Shown piece after piece: positions 1-10,729 of a DNA stretch of 46,502 nucleotides. Under the pieces are notes generated by a model. It was not told where the DNA came from. It worked only from the letters and a program-made list of their open reading frames with translations, and did not search any database. Numbering within the stretch: position 1 is the stretch's first letter; every line of letters begins with the position of its first letter. The translations under genes and the position numbers were made by a program. The DNA lies in sequence record DRR723986_4729; one strand, 5' to 3'.

Positions 1-357
1 AGTGGTTTTGATGCATTTTCGCATACTACTACTAAGAAAATGCCTTCTCAGGTGAAATTTGCTTCTTCAGTTGCAGCTAGCTTTAGCAAAGGCTCAGACA
101 TTACACTGTCGATCGAGACAATGACTTCAAATACAGATAACATCCTTTGGGTGATTTCTGATGGTAAAACAACAGTTACTAAAGAATCCAAAGCAACTTC
201 TGTTACGTTCTCCGCATCTGAATTAAGTGGATTGAAAGCTACTTCTTCTGGTTTGGTTCAGGCAGCAAGCTATAACGCGGAAGAGAAATCCTTTGGAGGT
301 AAAAAAGTTTATTTTATCAATGAGTCTGTTCACACCAAAATTGTGGAGATTAAGTGA
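1..357 (+). CDS. Hypothetical Ser/Thr-rich protein, 5' truncated by window edge
   Basis: Frame is open from base 1 (AGT GGT TTT GAT...) through the ORF-track 40..357 to TGA. Confidence 0.7.
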   Translation, partial: SGFDAFSHTTTKKMPSQVKFASSVAASFSKGSDITLSIETMTSNTDNILWVISDGKTTVTKESKATSVTFSASELSGLKATSSGLVQAASYNAEEKSFGGKKVYFINESVHTKIVEIK

Positions 358-450
358 TAAGCATTTTTCGGTAGAAAATAAGAAAAGTCAAAGCCTTCTC
401 ATTTTCTACCGATTTTTTTTTAGCTCAATTAAAGCCCAAGCAATTGGGTT

Positions 451-1284
451 TTATTTTTTGGAAACCATCACTACTCTTCTATTCTTGGCTTTACCCTCCT
501 CGGTAGAATTTGAGGCCACTGGACTCAATACCCCAACTCCTTCTGCAGTTATTTGAGTGGAAGGAATATTGTGTTTTTCTGTGAGCTCGGTTACCACAGC
601 TGCGGCTCTTGCCTTGGATAGCTTCATGTTGTGTTCGGCAGTTCCTGTATTGTCGGTATGTCCTACTAGGTAAATCTCTACAGTGGGATTATTCCTGAGA
701 TATGTTGCAATTTCATGAATTAAGCCAGAAGATTCTGTTTTAATGGTAGCTTGATCGGAATCGAAATAAATTCCATAGAATGTTACTTGCCCATCTACGG
801 CCATCAACTTTTCAATTTCAGCCGCATTAAAATCTACGTATTGCTGCATGGTAGCTTCCATGATGGTAGTCACACTGTACATGCCACTGCCGTCTGAAAG
901 CACATGTATCCAATAGTTGTTTCCACCTTTCTCTATGTAGAAATAAGCGGCTGATCCACTGTAGAGTAATTTTCCGCCGATTTTTTCCACTGCATTTTGG
1001 TAATTCTTATAAATTAAAACTGTAGATGGGCGATTTTCCCATTCTCCATTCCAGTTGTAAGAAATTACGGATTTTGTGCCTTCTTTTACGAAGTATTCCC
1101 GGCTGCCTCCATTCTCTTGTTTGTTGAATTCGTGCGAGTCAAACTCCCGGTATTCACAGTTAGAAACTGTGTGGTTGGGGAGGGGAGTGAAAAGTTCATA
1201 GCTCAAACAGGTTTCCTTGTTTTGAGCGAATAGCACTAAAACACTACTGAAATAAACAGCTAAGCTAAGTGTCAATTTTAACAT
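451..1284 (-). CDS. OmpA-family (peptidoglycan-binding C-terminal domain) protein
   Basis: Signal peptide; IYFDSD, VGHTDNTG, LSKARAAAV and NRRV OmpA_C motifs. Confidence 0.9.
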   Translation of the reverse strand: MLKLTLSLAVYFSSVLVLFAQNKETCLSYELFTPLPNHTVSNCEYREFDSHEFNKQENGGSREYFVKEGTKSVISYNWNGEWENRPSTVLIYKNYQNAVEKIGGKLLYSGSAAYFYIEKGGNNYWIHVLSDGSGMYSVTTIMEATMQQYVDFNAAEIEKLMAVDGQVTFYGIYFDSDQATIKTESSGLIHEIATYLRNNPTVEIYLVGHTDNTGTAEHNMKLSKARAAAVVTELTEKHNIPSTQITAEGVGVLSPVASNSTEEGKAKNRRVVMVSKK

Positions 1285-1500
1285 GAGAATTAAGTAAAGT
1301 TGGTTCGAAAAATTAAGTAAAAATGTATGCTAATTTTTTACCGAAGGATTGAAATGATGAGGCTGTCCTATCGATGATACTAAGATAGATTAAAGAATGA
1401 TAAATAAGATCTCAAGAAGAGATCAACGAAAATGAAATTGAACTCATTCTAACTTTACAGTGCCTTTGATAGGCTATATGGTTAAAAGAAAGGCGTATAG

Positions 1501-2391
1501 CTAGGGTTTTGATCTAGTGAAAATCCGCTTAAACGGCTCCGTTGTCTGCCCTACAAAATCCTCTGGAAACTTGTCCTCGTCAGGCAAGCCTACTGGCAGA
1601 TGTTCATCATCAGAGGGCCAATAATTAGTTCGGAAAAGGAAATCCCATAGACTCAGGGAAATTCCATAATTAAATCCATGCGGATGACTTTCCGGTAACT
1701 CTCTGGCGTGATGCCAAAGGTGCATCTGAGGACCATTAATGATGTACTTGAATGGTCCTAATGGGATATTGAGGTTAGCATGGCCAAGTTGCCCTAGGAT
1801 CAACGTGAAAATATGCACAATAAAGAAGTCCGTAATCCCAAAACCAATCATCGCCAACGGGATATATTCCAGCGTACGATATAGGATGTTTTCCATCCAG
1901 TGATAGCGGAGCAACGCTGCAAACCCCATTTCTCGCGTGCTGTGATGGACTTTATGGAATTCCCACATCCAGCCTACATGGTGATACATGCGGTGAATCG
2001 CCCACTGCATGAAATCTCTGACTATAAATAGGATTACCAATTGCAGCCAGCCAGGTAGCTGATCCACTTTAATAGCGACAGTGTTAGTGATGCCAAATAA
2101 TCCTAGAAAATCATTGAAGGCCTCCACAGCCACCATAGAAAGGGCATTGTATGCGACCAGCGCAAATAGGAAGTAATTCCAAAAAAGATAGAAAATGTCC
2201 AGCCAGAAATGTTCTCGGATTAGCGGTTGATTTTTCCGCCAAGGAAAAAGAATCTCAAGACCATATATCACCAAAGAGGCTCCCACCAGCCAGTAAAAGT
2301 AATTGTGCCAGCTAGGATTCAGGATCTCTCCAATAAAGTAATTCCAATAGCCATAATAGCCGTCAGCAATTGCTTTGATGTATTTTTCCAT
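1501..2391 (-). CDS. Sterol desaturase / fatty acid hydroxylase family membrane protein
   Basis: His boxes HRMYH, HKVHHS, HAN, HLWHH; hydrophobic segments. Confidence 0.9.
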   Translation of the reverse strand: MEKYIKAIADGYYGYWNYFIGEILNPSWHNYFYWLVGASLVIYGLEILFPWRKNQPLIREHFWLDIFYLFWNYFLFALVAYNALSMVAVEAFNDFLGLFGITNTVAIKVDQLPGWLQLVILFIVRDFMQWAIHRMYHHVGWMWEFHKVHHSTREMGFAALLRYHWMENILYRTLEYIPLAMIGFGITDFFIVHIFTLILGQLGHANLNIPLGPFKYIINGPQMHLWHHARELPESHPHGFNYGISLSLWDFLFRTNYWPSDDEHLPVGLPDEDKFPEDFVGQTTEPFKRIFTRSKP

Positions 2392-2454
2392 GGTGCAAAT
2401 ATGGGTAATAAATGCCAGTCAATTTGTGCGCTTTGTCACCAACCAAATTTAACC

Positions 2455-2856
2455 TTATTTAGTTTTGGATCTGTCGGCAATTGGATGTCTAAAAAGAAGC
2501 ACCCCGAAGGTGATGCCGAATCCAATGTAAAGAATTCCAACAATCCAAATCATGGATGGTAATTCAGGAGTAGATAAAAGTCCTTTTAGCAAGGCAAGTC
2601 CCGCTATCATAAAATGGCTCAGATTAGCTATTGCTACAGGGCGGTTGTAAATCCCGCCGATAGGTCGGCCTTTGTTCATCCAATTCAGCATTCCAAAACC
2701 AAAATAAAGAGCACCTACTATTTGCATCAAAAACAAGGAGATTTGATCAGTACTAAGTTCTAAAACTTGCAAAATCAAATCAGGTGCGAAGGTGAGGATG
2801 ATTCCTGCCGCATACATAAGTATCGCGCTGGAAGTCATGACTAGTTTGGTGTTCAT
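2455..2856 (-). CDS. Hypothetical 4-TM membrane protein
   Basis: Four hydrophobic helices; ATG start. Confidence 0.75.
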   Translation of the reverse strand: MNTKLVMTSSAILMYAAGIILTFAPDLILQVLELSTDQISLFLMQIVGALYFGFGMLNWMNKGRPIGGIYNRPVAIANLSHFMIAGLALLKGLLSTPELPSMIWIVGILYIGFGITFGVLLFRHPIADRSKTK

Positions 2857-2928
2857 GAAGAGTAAAACAATGTTGACTCTAAAAGTAAAAAAGATAGAAC
2901 AACCTACCTGAACGAGCTAGGTAAATAT

Positions 2929-2956
2929 AAAAATGAGTGCGGCGGCTGCCACACTC
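2929..2956 (-). terminator. Intrinsic terminator after dodecin gene
   Basis: Minus strand GAGTGTGGC-agcc-GCCGCACTC then ATTTTT. Confidence 0.6.
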
Positions 2957-2967
2957 GTGAGCTCGAA

Positions 2968-3183
2968 TTAAACGTTTTTCGATTGATCGACCCTGAAGGA
3001 AACCTTGCAGACACATCCGTAAGAAGTAACTTTTCCGTCTTTCACGTGCGCTTTGATATCCTTCACATAGACTGAGTCAATGTTGTGGACAGTTTTGGAA
3101 ACTTCATCTACTGCATTTTGAATTGCATCTTCAATTCCTTTTTCTGAGGAGGCGATTACCTCCAATACTTTTACAATTCCCAT
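2968..3183 (-). CDS. Dodecin family protein
   Basis: 71 aa, KVLEVIASSEKGIEDAIQNAV...KVSF dodecin pattern. Confidence 0.9.
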   Translation of the reverse strand: MGIVKVLEVIASSEKGIEDAIQNAVDEVSKTVHNIDSVYVKDIKAHVKDGKVTSYGCVCKVSFRVDQSKNV

Positions 3184-3327
3184 ATTGTTTTGGTTTTTAA
3201 TGAATGATAGGGTTAATATGCCTATTCATACAATCGCCATGCTAAGGGAAAAATTAAAGCTGGTTAGGAAATGAGGTTTAAGGGATTTTGAAGCTTTTGG
3301 TCCTTGGAATAAAAGGAGGAATTAGAA

Positions 3328-4182
3328 TTATTTTTCTCTCTCAATCAAATTGGTAGCTAAGATCAGGATATTTACTAAAGGCCGATCGCGATTGCTGGTT
3401 TCGGTCGCTGCGATCTTATCGACGATATCCATTCCAGAGATTACTTCACCAAATACAGTGTAGTTTTGGTCTAAATGTGCTGCTCCACCAACAGTCTTAT
3501 ACGCCTCACGATGTGACTCTGGATAGTGATATGGAGTCATGCTTTTCAAGTAGTTTTCAGTTAGGGAATCAAGCTGGCTTTTCAAGATGCCGATGGCCTC
3601 CTTATCGCCTGGGTTACGATTTTTCAATAATTCTTGATATGCTGCAAAAGTAGAACTGGTAGCAGGATCGTTTATGACATGGTTGTATGCAAGCCCTTTA
3701 TTGATGCGATCCTCAGCAATATCAAGCGTGCTATCCGTGTAGGTTCTTCCTTGCACAATATAGAATTGGATAAAACTTCCTTTTTGCGTAGGATTTGAAT
3801 CATCGCCTTCCCGGGCTGCCCCCAGAACTCCTCTTTTGTGAAAATGTGAACTGGTAATCTCCGCTGGAATAAGTTCATCGAAGCCGAGCAATTCTTTCTT
3901 TTTGGTAAATGAATCCTCATGAACTCTTTCCCCTGCCTGAATCATAAATTTCTCGATGACCCTGTGAAAGAGGATGCTGTTATACATCCCTTCTTTGACC
4001 AAACTGAGGAAATTATTGCGACTTAAGGGAGTGTCATCATAGAGACGAATGACAATTGATCCTTCAGTAGTGACTAGTTCTATATCCTTGTTTAAGTCTT
4101 TTTTAGTGATTTTAGATTTGGTCAATGAATGACAACCTGCAACAATTAGGATCAAGGTACAAGCAAGTAAATTTATTCTCAT
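3328..4182 (-). CDS. Cyclophilin-type peptidyl-prolyl isomerase, probable lipoprotein
   Basis: FHRVIEKFMIQAG, QFYIV, HLDQNYTVFGEV; lipobox IVAGC. Confidence 0.92.
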   Translation of the reverse strand: MRINLLACTLILIVAGCHSLTKSKITKKDLNKDIELVTTEGSIVIRLYDDTPLSRNNFLSLVKEGMYNSILFHRVIEKFMIQAGERVHEDSFTKKKELLGFDELIPAEITSSHFHKRGVLGAAREGDDSNPTQKGSFIQFYIVQGRTYTDSTLDIAEDRINKGLAYNHVINDPATSSTFAAYQELLKNRNPGDKEAIGILKSQLDSLTENYLKSMTPYHYPESHREAYKTVGGAAHLDQNYTVFGEVISGMDIVDKIAATETSNRDRPLVNILILATNLIEREK

Positions 4183-4308
4183 AGAGTTTTAGAGAAGAGT
4201 TGAGGTTCGATTATAATTGGAAAATAGTGAATTGTATGTCCTGTAAAAAGCATGGACATTTTTTCTCCAAGCTCTTTTCATTAATTTTCTTTCTCAATTA
4301 CGTTTCCT

Positions 4309-4659
4309 ATGACCTTAGAATATTACCGAGATTATTGTCTAGCAAAGCCTGGAGTGACTGAAGATACGCCTTTTGAGGCCGATGCACTTTGCTTTCGGGT
4401 GGGCAATAAAATCTTTTCGATCTGCTCCATTTCGGAATTTCAATACATCAATCTGAAATGCAATCCTGAGCGGGCTGTGGAGTTGCGCGAGCAATACGAT
4501 GGAATTACTCCGGGTTATCACATGAATAAGCAGCAGTGGAATTCGGTGAGCACAGTTGGAAATGTTCCCGATCGCTTGATTTTGGAATTGGCGGATCATT
4601 CTTACGCCCTTATCTTTGGCAGCTTGACCAAAAAGCTTCAAGCTGAAATTCGCCCATGA
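4309..4659 (+). CDS. MmcQ/YjbR family protein
   Basis: NLKCNPE...PGYHMNKQQWNSV signature. Confidence 0.9.
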   Translation: MTLEYYRDYCLAKPGVTEDTPFEADALCFRVGNKIFSICSISEFQYINLKCNPERAVELREQYDGITPGYHMNKQQWNSVSTVGNVPDRLILELADHSYALIFGSLTKKLQAEIRP

Positions 4660-5609
4660 GTTATTTTTCCATTTCAAATGTTTCCAAATCCTACGATGAG
4701 CTACCAGCATTGCATCCGTTTTCACTTGAAATGGCCCAAGGGGATTTTCTGGCAATCGTAGGAGAAAGCGGATCAGGAAAGAGTACTCTTCTGAAAATCA
4801 TGGCAGGCCTGGAAGTACAGGATTCTGGGGAAGTTTTCTTAGATGGCAAGCCGATTTTGAACCCAAATCAGAAAATCGTTTCCGGGTACGACGAGATCCG
4901 ATTGATTCATCAGAATTTCCATTTATATCCCAATTCTACGGTGGAGGAAAATATCTCCAGACAATTGCTTCACTACGAAAAGGAATATGCAAAAAGCAGA
5001 GTTGAATATTTGCTTAAACTTTTAGGGTTGAATGAATATAGAGATAGATTTCCTCGTCAGCTTTCTGGAGGGCAAAAGCAAAAAGTGGCAATTGGTAAGG
5101 CTATGGCTGTAGAACCAGATATTTTATTGCTCGACGAGCCTTTCTCATCGCTGGACACAATTCAGACACATCGGCTGATATCAGAGTTGAAGGAGATTTT
5201 CAAAGCACTGGGGACCACGGTTATATTTGTGACACACGATTTGGACGATGCCCTCCGATTGACAGACAATCTGATCATTTTGCAGAAGGGGAAAATCGCT
5301 CAAAAGGGCACCTCAAAACAGCTCTGTGAAAAGCCAAAGACTAAATATGTCGCCCAGCTTTTCAGCCCAATAAATAAACTTCCCAATTCTAAGAATAGCT
5401 ATATCAGACCCGCTGATGTAAAGTTGAGAACCAAAGGCGGATTACTTGCACATGTGACAGATTTGAGATTTTTGGTGCATTATAATTCTCTTCAGGTGCA
5501 ACTCAAAGAAAGTGGAATCACGTGGGAAGTGGATGATTCACTGAGAAAATACGAAATAGGTGATCGTGTGTATTTATCTTGGGATGATGCCAAGTTGATG
5601 ACGCTTTAA
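4656..5609 (+). CDS. ABC transporter ATP-binding protein
   Basis: GESGSGKST, LSGGQ, LLLDEP, VTHD; ATGA overlap with upstream gene. Confidence 0.93.
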   Translation: MSYFSISNVSKSYDELPALHPFSLEMAQGDFLAIVGESGSGKSTLLKIMAGLEVQDSGEVFLDGKPILNPNQKIVSGYDEIRLIHQNFHLYPNSTVEENISRQLLHYEKEYAKSRVEYLLKLLGLNEYRDRFPRQLSGGQKQKVAIGKAMAVEPDILLLDEPFSSLDTIQTHRLISELKEIFKALGTTVIFVTHDLDDALRLTDNLIILQKGKIAQKGTSKQLCEKPKTKYVAQLFSPINKLPNSKNSYIRPADVKLRTKGGLLAHVTDLRFLVHYNSLQVQLKESGITWEVDDSLRKYEIGDRVYLSWDDAKLMTL

Positions 5610-5630
5610 CACGGAAATTTTTTTTTACCA

Positions 5631-6776
5631 ATGTCTTCCAATCAAAAAAGAAACTTACCTCTTACCGTTCTATACGAAACCAAGCTGGCTATCAATCAGG
5701 CTGTTTTATGGCTGTGGATCAAATTGGGCTGGGTGAAATCCCTCTTGATTGTACCGTTTGAAGGGTTCGGTAATGAAAAAGAGATTTTACTGGTAGGCCG
5801 GGTAATCCGCGATAATAGGGTAGGGGCTTCGACACCTGAAGATACTGTCTGGCAGAATATCGGAAAAATGCGCAGGAGGTTTATGACTGTGGTAATTCCA
5901 GGTGTGGAGGTAATGGCAGAATTTCAAGGAGAAAAATACTTCGTCAAAACGGATGAAGAGGGGTATTTTGAGTTTAAAATTCATCCCAATAAACGGATCC
6001 CATTTTCCGCACGCTGGCAGCAGATCAAATTGACTTTGGTGGAGCGGGTGATCAGAAATCAAGGTGAGGTGACCGCATTTGCAGATGTGTTTTTACCAAT
6101 GGGGAATATTGATTATGGGATAATTTCTGACATAGACGATACGATCATTCCCACCGGAGCTATGCGGATGACCGAGATGCTGAAAACCACTTTTGCCAAG
6201 AATGCACATACCCGAACGCCCTTCCCAGGTGTCTCTGCTTTTTATAAGGCTTTGCAAAAAGGAACAGATGGGATCGAGAGTAATCCTTTTTTCTATGTGT
6301 CCAGCAGTCCTTGGAATCTTTTTGATTTTCTACAGGAGTTACTCCAAATACATCATATCCCCAAAGGTCCTTTGATGCTTCGGGATATTGGATTATCCCG
6401 CACCCAGTTGATAGCAGGAAGTCATTCAGAACATAAATTGGAGCAAATCCGTCATATTTTGGCTACATATTCTCAGCTGCCTTTTATGCTGATTGGCGAT
6501 AGTGGGCAGGAAGATCCTTCCATTTATCTCCAAATTGTTCAGGAATTTCCAGGGAGAATTTTGATGATTTTCATCCGCGATGTCCATGTTTCCAAGCATG
6601 CTCATGTTGCGAAAATAAGCGAGGAGCTGAAAACTCTGGGAGTAGAAATGCTTTTGGTGAAAAACACCGTAGAAGCCTCTCAATACGCACTATCAAAAGG
6701 ATGGATAATGGAGGAGGATATGGAGGAAATTGCTCAGGAAAAAGTAAAAGATGAAGTACAGAATGAGCAGACTTAG
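5631..6776 (+). CDS. App1-family (DUF2183) phosphatidate phosphatase-like protein
   Basis: ISDIDDT, YVSSSPWN, IGDSGQED motifs. Confidence 0.85.
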   Translation: MSSNQKRNLPLTVLYETKLAINQAVLWLWIKLGWVKSLLIVPFEGFGNEKEILLVGRVIRDNRVGASTPEDTVWQNIGKMRRRFMTVVIPGVEVMAEFQGEKYFVKTDEEGYFEFKIHPNKRIPFSARWQQIKLTLVERVIRNQGEVTAFADVFLPMGNIDYGIISDIDDTIIPTGAMRMTEMLKTTFAKNAHTRTPFPGVSAFYKALQKGTDGIESNPFFYVSSSPWNLFDFLQELLQIHHIPKGPLMLRDIGLSRTQLIAGSHSEHKLEQIRHILATYSQLPFMLIGDSGQEDPSIYLQIVQEFPGRILMIFIRDVHVSKHAHVAKISEELKTLGVEMLLVKNTVEASQYALSKGWIMEEDMEEIAQEKVKDEVQNEQT

Positions 6777-6945
6777 TTTTGTTTCTTCCCAGATAAATTA
6801 GCCATTATTTGTTGGAGCTTCTCTGTCTGAAATAGTGATTAGCAGGTTGTCATTGTTGTCTTGGTTACTGCCTTTTTACAACAAAGAGGCAAGAAGTCAA
6901 ACTTTTAACCTCTTACCTCTTACAATATTTACTAGTCACAAATGG

Positions 6946-7476
6946 CTATTCCTCGTCATGAGCTCCATGCGCACCATGAACATGACCATGCGCCAATTCA
7001 TCTTTCGTAGCATCACGAACTTCCTCGATATTTCCTTCAAAATGTAAATCGAAACCTACCAGGGGATGATTAAAATCCAATAGAATTTCTTCGCCCATAT
7101 CCTTAAGAATTTTTGCCTGCATTGGATACCCGTCTTCATCCATCAAAGGCAAGAAATTACCTTCTTCCAGCATTTCTGGGTTGAAGCCATTTTCTCCTGA
7201 AAATTGTGATTTTGGCAAATTGACAATCAGATCCTCGTCGATCTCACCATAAGCTTCTGCTACAGGAATCACGAAGGAAAAGTCTTCACCTTCTTCTTTG
7301 CCTATCAATAATTCTTCGAATTTTTCAGGCAAGTCACTTGCCCCGAAAAGGAAGTAAAAAGGATCTTCCGAGTCGCGGATTTCTACACTGAATGGTGCTG
7401 ATTCTATCTCGTCAGCTTCCTTGCTTACTTTAAGTTCGTATGTAAGTCCGACGACTGTGTTTGCTGCTATTTTCAT
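6946..7476 (-). CDS. slyD: FKBP-type PPIase SlyD
   Basis: DFNHPL..LHFEG.I.EVRDAT..ELAHGHVH; His-rich tail. Confidence 0.9.
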   Translation of the reverse strand: MKIAANTVVGLTYELKVSKEADEIESAPFSVEIRDSEDPFYFLFGASDLPEKFEELLIGKEEGEDFSFVIPVAEAYGEIDEDLIVNLPKSQFSGENGFNPEMLEEGNFLPLMDEDGYPMQAKILKDMGEEILLDFNHPLVGFDLHFEGNIEEVRDATKDELAHGHVHGAHGAHDEE

Positions 7477-7480
7477 ATTG

Positions 7481-8200
7481 CTAGTTTAAAATTCCATGTC
7501 TTAATCTGATCCCAATTTGCTCTTTGAAAACTGCCCATTTATTTCTCGGAGTAGCGTTTAATAAGGGTTTAGATGCTTTAAAAACAAAATATTGATAGTC
7601 TTTTTCATCGAAAAAGATTGGGTATGTTTGCATTTTTTCCAGGTAAAAGCCGTTGGAAGTGATGCTTTTGATCAGGTCACCTGAGTCCAACGGTTGGTCA
7701 ATTACCTGTAGTTTCTGAGGATCATTTTCTATCATCAACTGTAAAAAACGTGGCACAGGAATGTGAATAAATATCACTGAATCCTCGTGTGCATGCTTGT
7801 GGACATTACGAAAAAGCCTATGGTGCTGATCTATCGGGATATGCTCAAGAATGTCCGGAAAAACGAAGAAGTCAAAAGTTTGGCCCTGCTTGTTGAAGTT
7901 TGCAAAATCTGAAACTTCGAATTTCAGGTTAGTTTGATCTTTCCAAAGAATTTTCGCTTTTCTGATATTTTCAAGAGAAATATCCAGAGCCAATACTTCA
8001 CCTTGTTTTACTTGATTTGCCAGCAGATGACTCACTATTCCTATTCCACAGCCAACCTCAAGAACACTATGATTCGCATTTAATCCAGTAGCTTTGATCT
8101 TATCCAGGATGTTTAAGTGGCGGGAATTTATCCCAGGTTTTTCCTGGTTTTCGGCAAACTGATCATAAAAACTGAAGACGTTATCCTTATCCTCTTCCAT
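7481..8200 (-). CDS. Class I SAM-dependent methyltransferase
   Basis: VLEVGCGIG motif I, DILEHI; ATG at 8200 preferred over the track's TTG at 8221; overlaps the YfhO stop. Confidence 0.85.
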   Translation of the reverse strand: MEEDKDNVFSFYDQFAENQEKPGINSRHLNILDKIKATGLNANHSVLEVGCGIGIVSHLLANQVKQGEVLALDISLENIRKAKILWKDQTNLKFEVSDFANFNKQGQTFDFFVFPDILEHIPIDQHHRLFRNVHKHAHEDSVIFIHIPVPRFLQLMIENDPQKLQVIDQPLDSGDLIKSITSNGFYLEKMQTYPIFFDEKDYQYFVFKASKPLLNATPRNKWAVFKEQIGIRLRHGILN

Positions 8201-10598
8201 CTTTTTTCTTGATCGTGACAAACACCCCAGCGATCAGGGACAATACGATCAAGTATTGGAAAATGATCATAGGTGTTTTGGTAGCAGTGTAGCTTTTAGG
8301 TTCAAACTTGAAAACAATCTCATGAGTTCCTGCTGGTACTATCAATCCACGAAGAAGGTAATCAGTTCGCAGAATGTCAGTTTCTTTCCCATCGATTGTC
8401 GCGGTCCAGCCCACTGGATAATAGATTTCTGAGAAAACAACCAAGCCTTCCGCACTCATTTCCGCTTGATATTTCAACTCATTCGGAGCATAGTAAGTAT
8501 GCGTAATTTGACCTGAACCAGCTTTGACCTCTCCGAACTCAGAAGTATTTACAGTCGCTTGAGTTTTGGTGTCAATTCTGCCTAACTCATCCATTTCTTC
8601 CTGATTTGTCTGTACAGTAACTATCTGCGATGGAACCCATGCTGGACCATTTGCTTCAGGATTTTCAAAAACTGAGTTAGCCGCAGTCCCAGCGATGACA
8701 TACTTGGTATTCATCATGTTGATGGTCTGAATACCTTCAAAATCAAAGTTGCCTTCCTGTGCTTTTTTTACAAAATCATTCAACTCGAAGTTTAATCGAT
8801 TGTCCAGTAAATCCTGGTATCTCCGCATTTTGGCTCCATGATATCCACCAAGGCTGTGGAAGCGATATGGCGATTTGCCAGTTGCGGTTAGTCCTTCCGT
8901 GAGATCTAGAACCCTGAAATAGGAATCATCCTTGGCGATTTTCTGATCCGCAGGAGTTTCGGTGAAATAGGTTCTCGCAGGATTTGCCTGATAAGAATCA
9001 TCGTTTAAATAGTGCTTATTCACAGACCAGAGATCTATAGTCACCAACCCAAATATTCCCAGGCCAAGAACTAAATCAGAGATTTTATTTTTCAGTGCAA
9101 AATAAATCAAAGCAAAGGAGGTTCCGACGAGAGCGAAGCTTCTCCAGGCACTAGCCGAAAGCATAGCTTTTCGATCCTGACGTAGTGCGTTTATCAACCA
9201 ATCAGGTAAGCCAGCATCAGCAGCTCCTTCAAATCTGAAAATCCCTGCGCCTACAGCCAGGATTAGCAATAATCCTCCAACAGCAGCCCCTGCAATATAA
9301 AGGGCCTTAAAATCCTTACTTCTATAAATTCTTTCCAATGAAATGGCTCCCAAAGCTGGAATAGCAAAAAGTGTCATTCCCAAAGCCATGGAGACAGCCC
9401 TGAATTTATTGTATCCTGGTAGAATGTCGAAAAGTAGGTAGTTAAACCAACTCAAATTTTTACCCCAAGAAAGCATCAGAGATAAAATGATGATCGTACC
9501 GAAAGTGTAAAGGCTCTCTTTTGGCGCAGCCCAAATCCCGATGAAAGCAAGAAAAACGAGTATCACTCCTCCATAAATCGGCCCTCCGGTAAATGGCTGA
9601 TCTCCCCAATAGGTTGGAGCTCCTTGTAAGAATCCGTTGATTTGAGCTGGATCTAGTCCATTGCTTCGCAAAGCTTTTTCAGAGGCGGTGTTTTCTCCAA
9701 GTGGCGTGCTACTTCCTCCTCCATAGAAATTTGGTACTAATAAAGTGAGGGTTTCGAGCTTGCCATTTGACCAGGAAAATGCGTAATCCTTGTCCAAGCC
9801 TGCAGAGGCAGATTCCAAAGTCGCTTTGCCACGCGTTGAATAAGGAGCGTATTCCATTGCGGTTGCCAGGCGTCCGATATTTCCGCCCACGGCTAAAATG
9901 GCACCTAATAGTAAGAAAGCAATTGTTTTTCCGATTTCTGCGAAACCTTCCTTTTTCCATTCAAAAATAAGTCTCACCAAGACATAGATCACGGCGATTA
10001 TCAAGGTGTAATAGGTGATTTGGACGTGGTTAAACTTCAATTGAAGTAATAACCCAAGCGCCAATACACCGGCTCCAAGTATCCGTTTCTTTTTGAATGC
10101 CAAGTGAATCCCGAGTAGAATGAGTGGCATTAAGCATATTCCCCAGATTTTAGCATTGTGCCCAGCCGCCAAACTCAGAAGATTGTAGGAGCTAAGCGAA
10201 AATGCAACGCTAGCAATGATCGCAAAAACCGGCCTTACACCGAATGTGAGCATCAGTATGTACATAGCCACCATGCCTAGAAAAAGACTATTTACGGGAT
10301 GGGGAAGACCTAGCGTGATGATGGAAAGAAGAGATGTAGTTATATCACCTGCGAACTCCAGGCTGACAAAGTAGGCCGGCATACCGCCAAAGACGCTGTT
10401 TGTCCATAGTGCCTCTTCTCCTGTGGCTTCTCGATAATTCAATGCTTCCGTAGCTGATCCTTCCCATTTGAGAATGTCACCTTGCATGATCACCTGGTCC
10501 TGCAATACTACAGGAGCGAAATAAACGACTACAATAGCATAGAAAATGGCGATTCCCAATAAATGGGGAAGTACGTCTTTTTTGAAATTCAGCTGCAT
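8187..10598 (-). CDS. YfhO family multi-TM membrane protein (GT-C-like glycosyltransferase)
   Basis: WTNSVFGGMPAY, GYHGAK, YYPVGWTATIDG motifs; many TM helices. Confidence 0.88.
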   Translation of the reverse strand: MQLNFKKDVLPHLLGIAIFYAIVVVYFAPVVLQDQVIMQGDILKWEGSATEALNYREATGEEALWTNSVFGGMPAYFVSLEFAGDITTSLLSIITLGLPHPVNSLFLGMVAMYILMLTFGVRPVFAIIASVAFSLSSYNLLSLAAGHNAKIWGICLMPLILLGIHLAFKKKRILGAGVLALGLLLQLKFNHVQITYYTLIIAVIYVLVRLIFEWKKEGFAEIGKTIAFLLLGAILAVGGNIGRLATAMEYAPYSTRGKATLESASAGLDKDYAFSWSNGKLETLTLLVPNFYGGGSSTPLGENTASEKALRSNGLDPAQINGFLQGAPTYWGDQPFTGGPIYGGVILVFLAFIGIWAAPKESLYTFGTIIILSLMLSWGKNLSWFNYLLFDILPGYNKFRAVSMALGMTLFAIPALGAISLERIYRSKDFKALYIAGAAVGGLLLILAVGAGIFRFEGAADAGLPDWLINALRQDRKAMLSASAWRSFALVGTSFALIYFALKNKISDLVLGLGIFGLVTIDLWSVNKHYLNDDSYQANPARTYFTETPADQKIAKDDSYFRVLDLTEGLTATGKSPYRFHSLGGYHGAKMRRYQDLLDNRLNFELNDFVKKAQEGNFDFEGIQTINMMNTKYVIAGTAANSVFENPEANGPAWVPSQIVTVQTNQEEMDELGRIDTKTQATVNTSEFGEVKAGSGQITHTYYAPNELKYQAEMSAEGLVVFSEIYYPVGWTATIDGKETDILRTDYLLRGLIVPAGTHEIVFKFEPKSYTATKTPMIIFQYLIVLSLIAGVFVTIKKKDGRG

Positions 10599-10729
10599 GA
10601 AAAGAGTTTTTCTTTGGATAATGGATGCGGACGCAAATTAGGGATTTATGGGCAAACGCCTGCTACAAAAATAGGTAGTATCAAGCGGGAATAGATGATA
10701 GACTCCTTTCTATAGCTCATGAAATTCAT

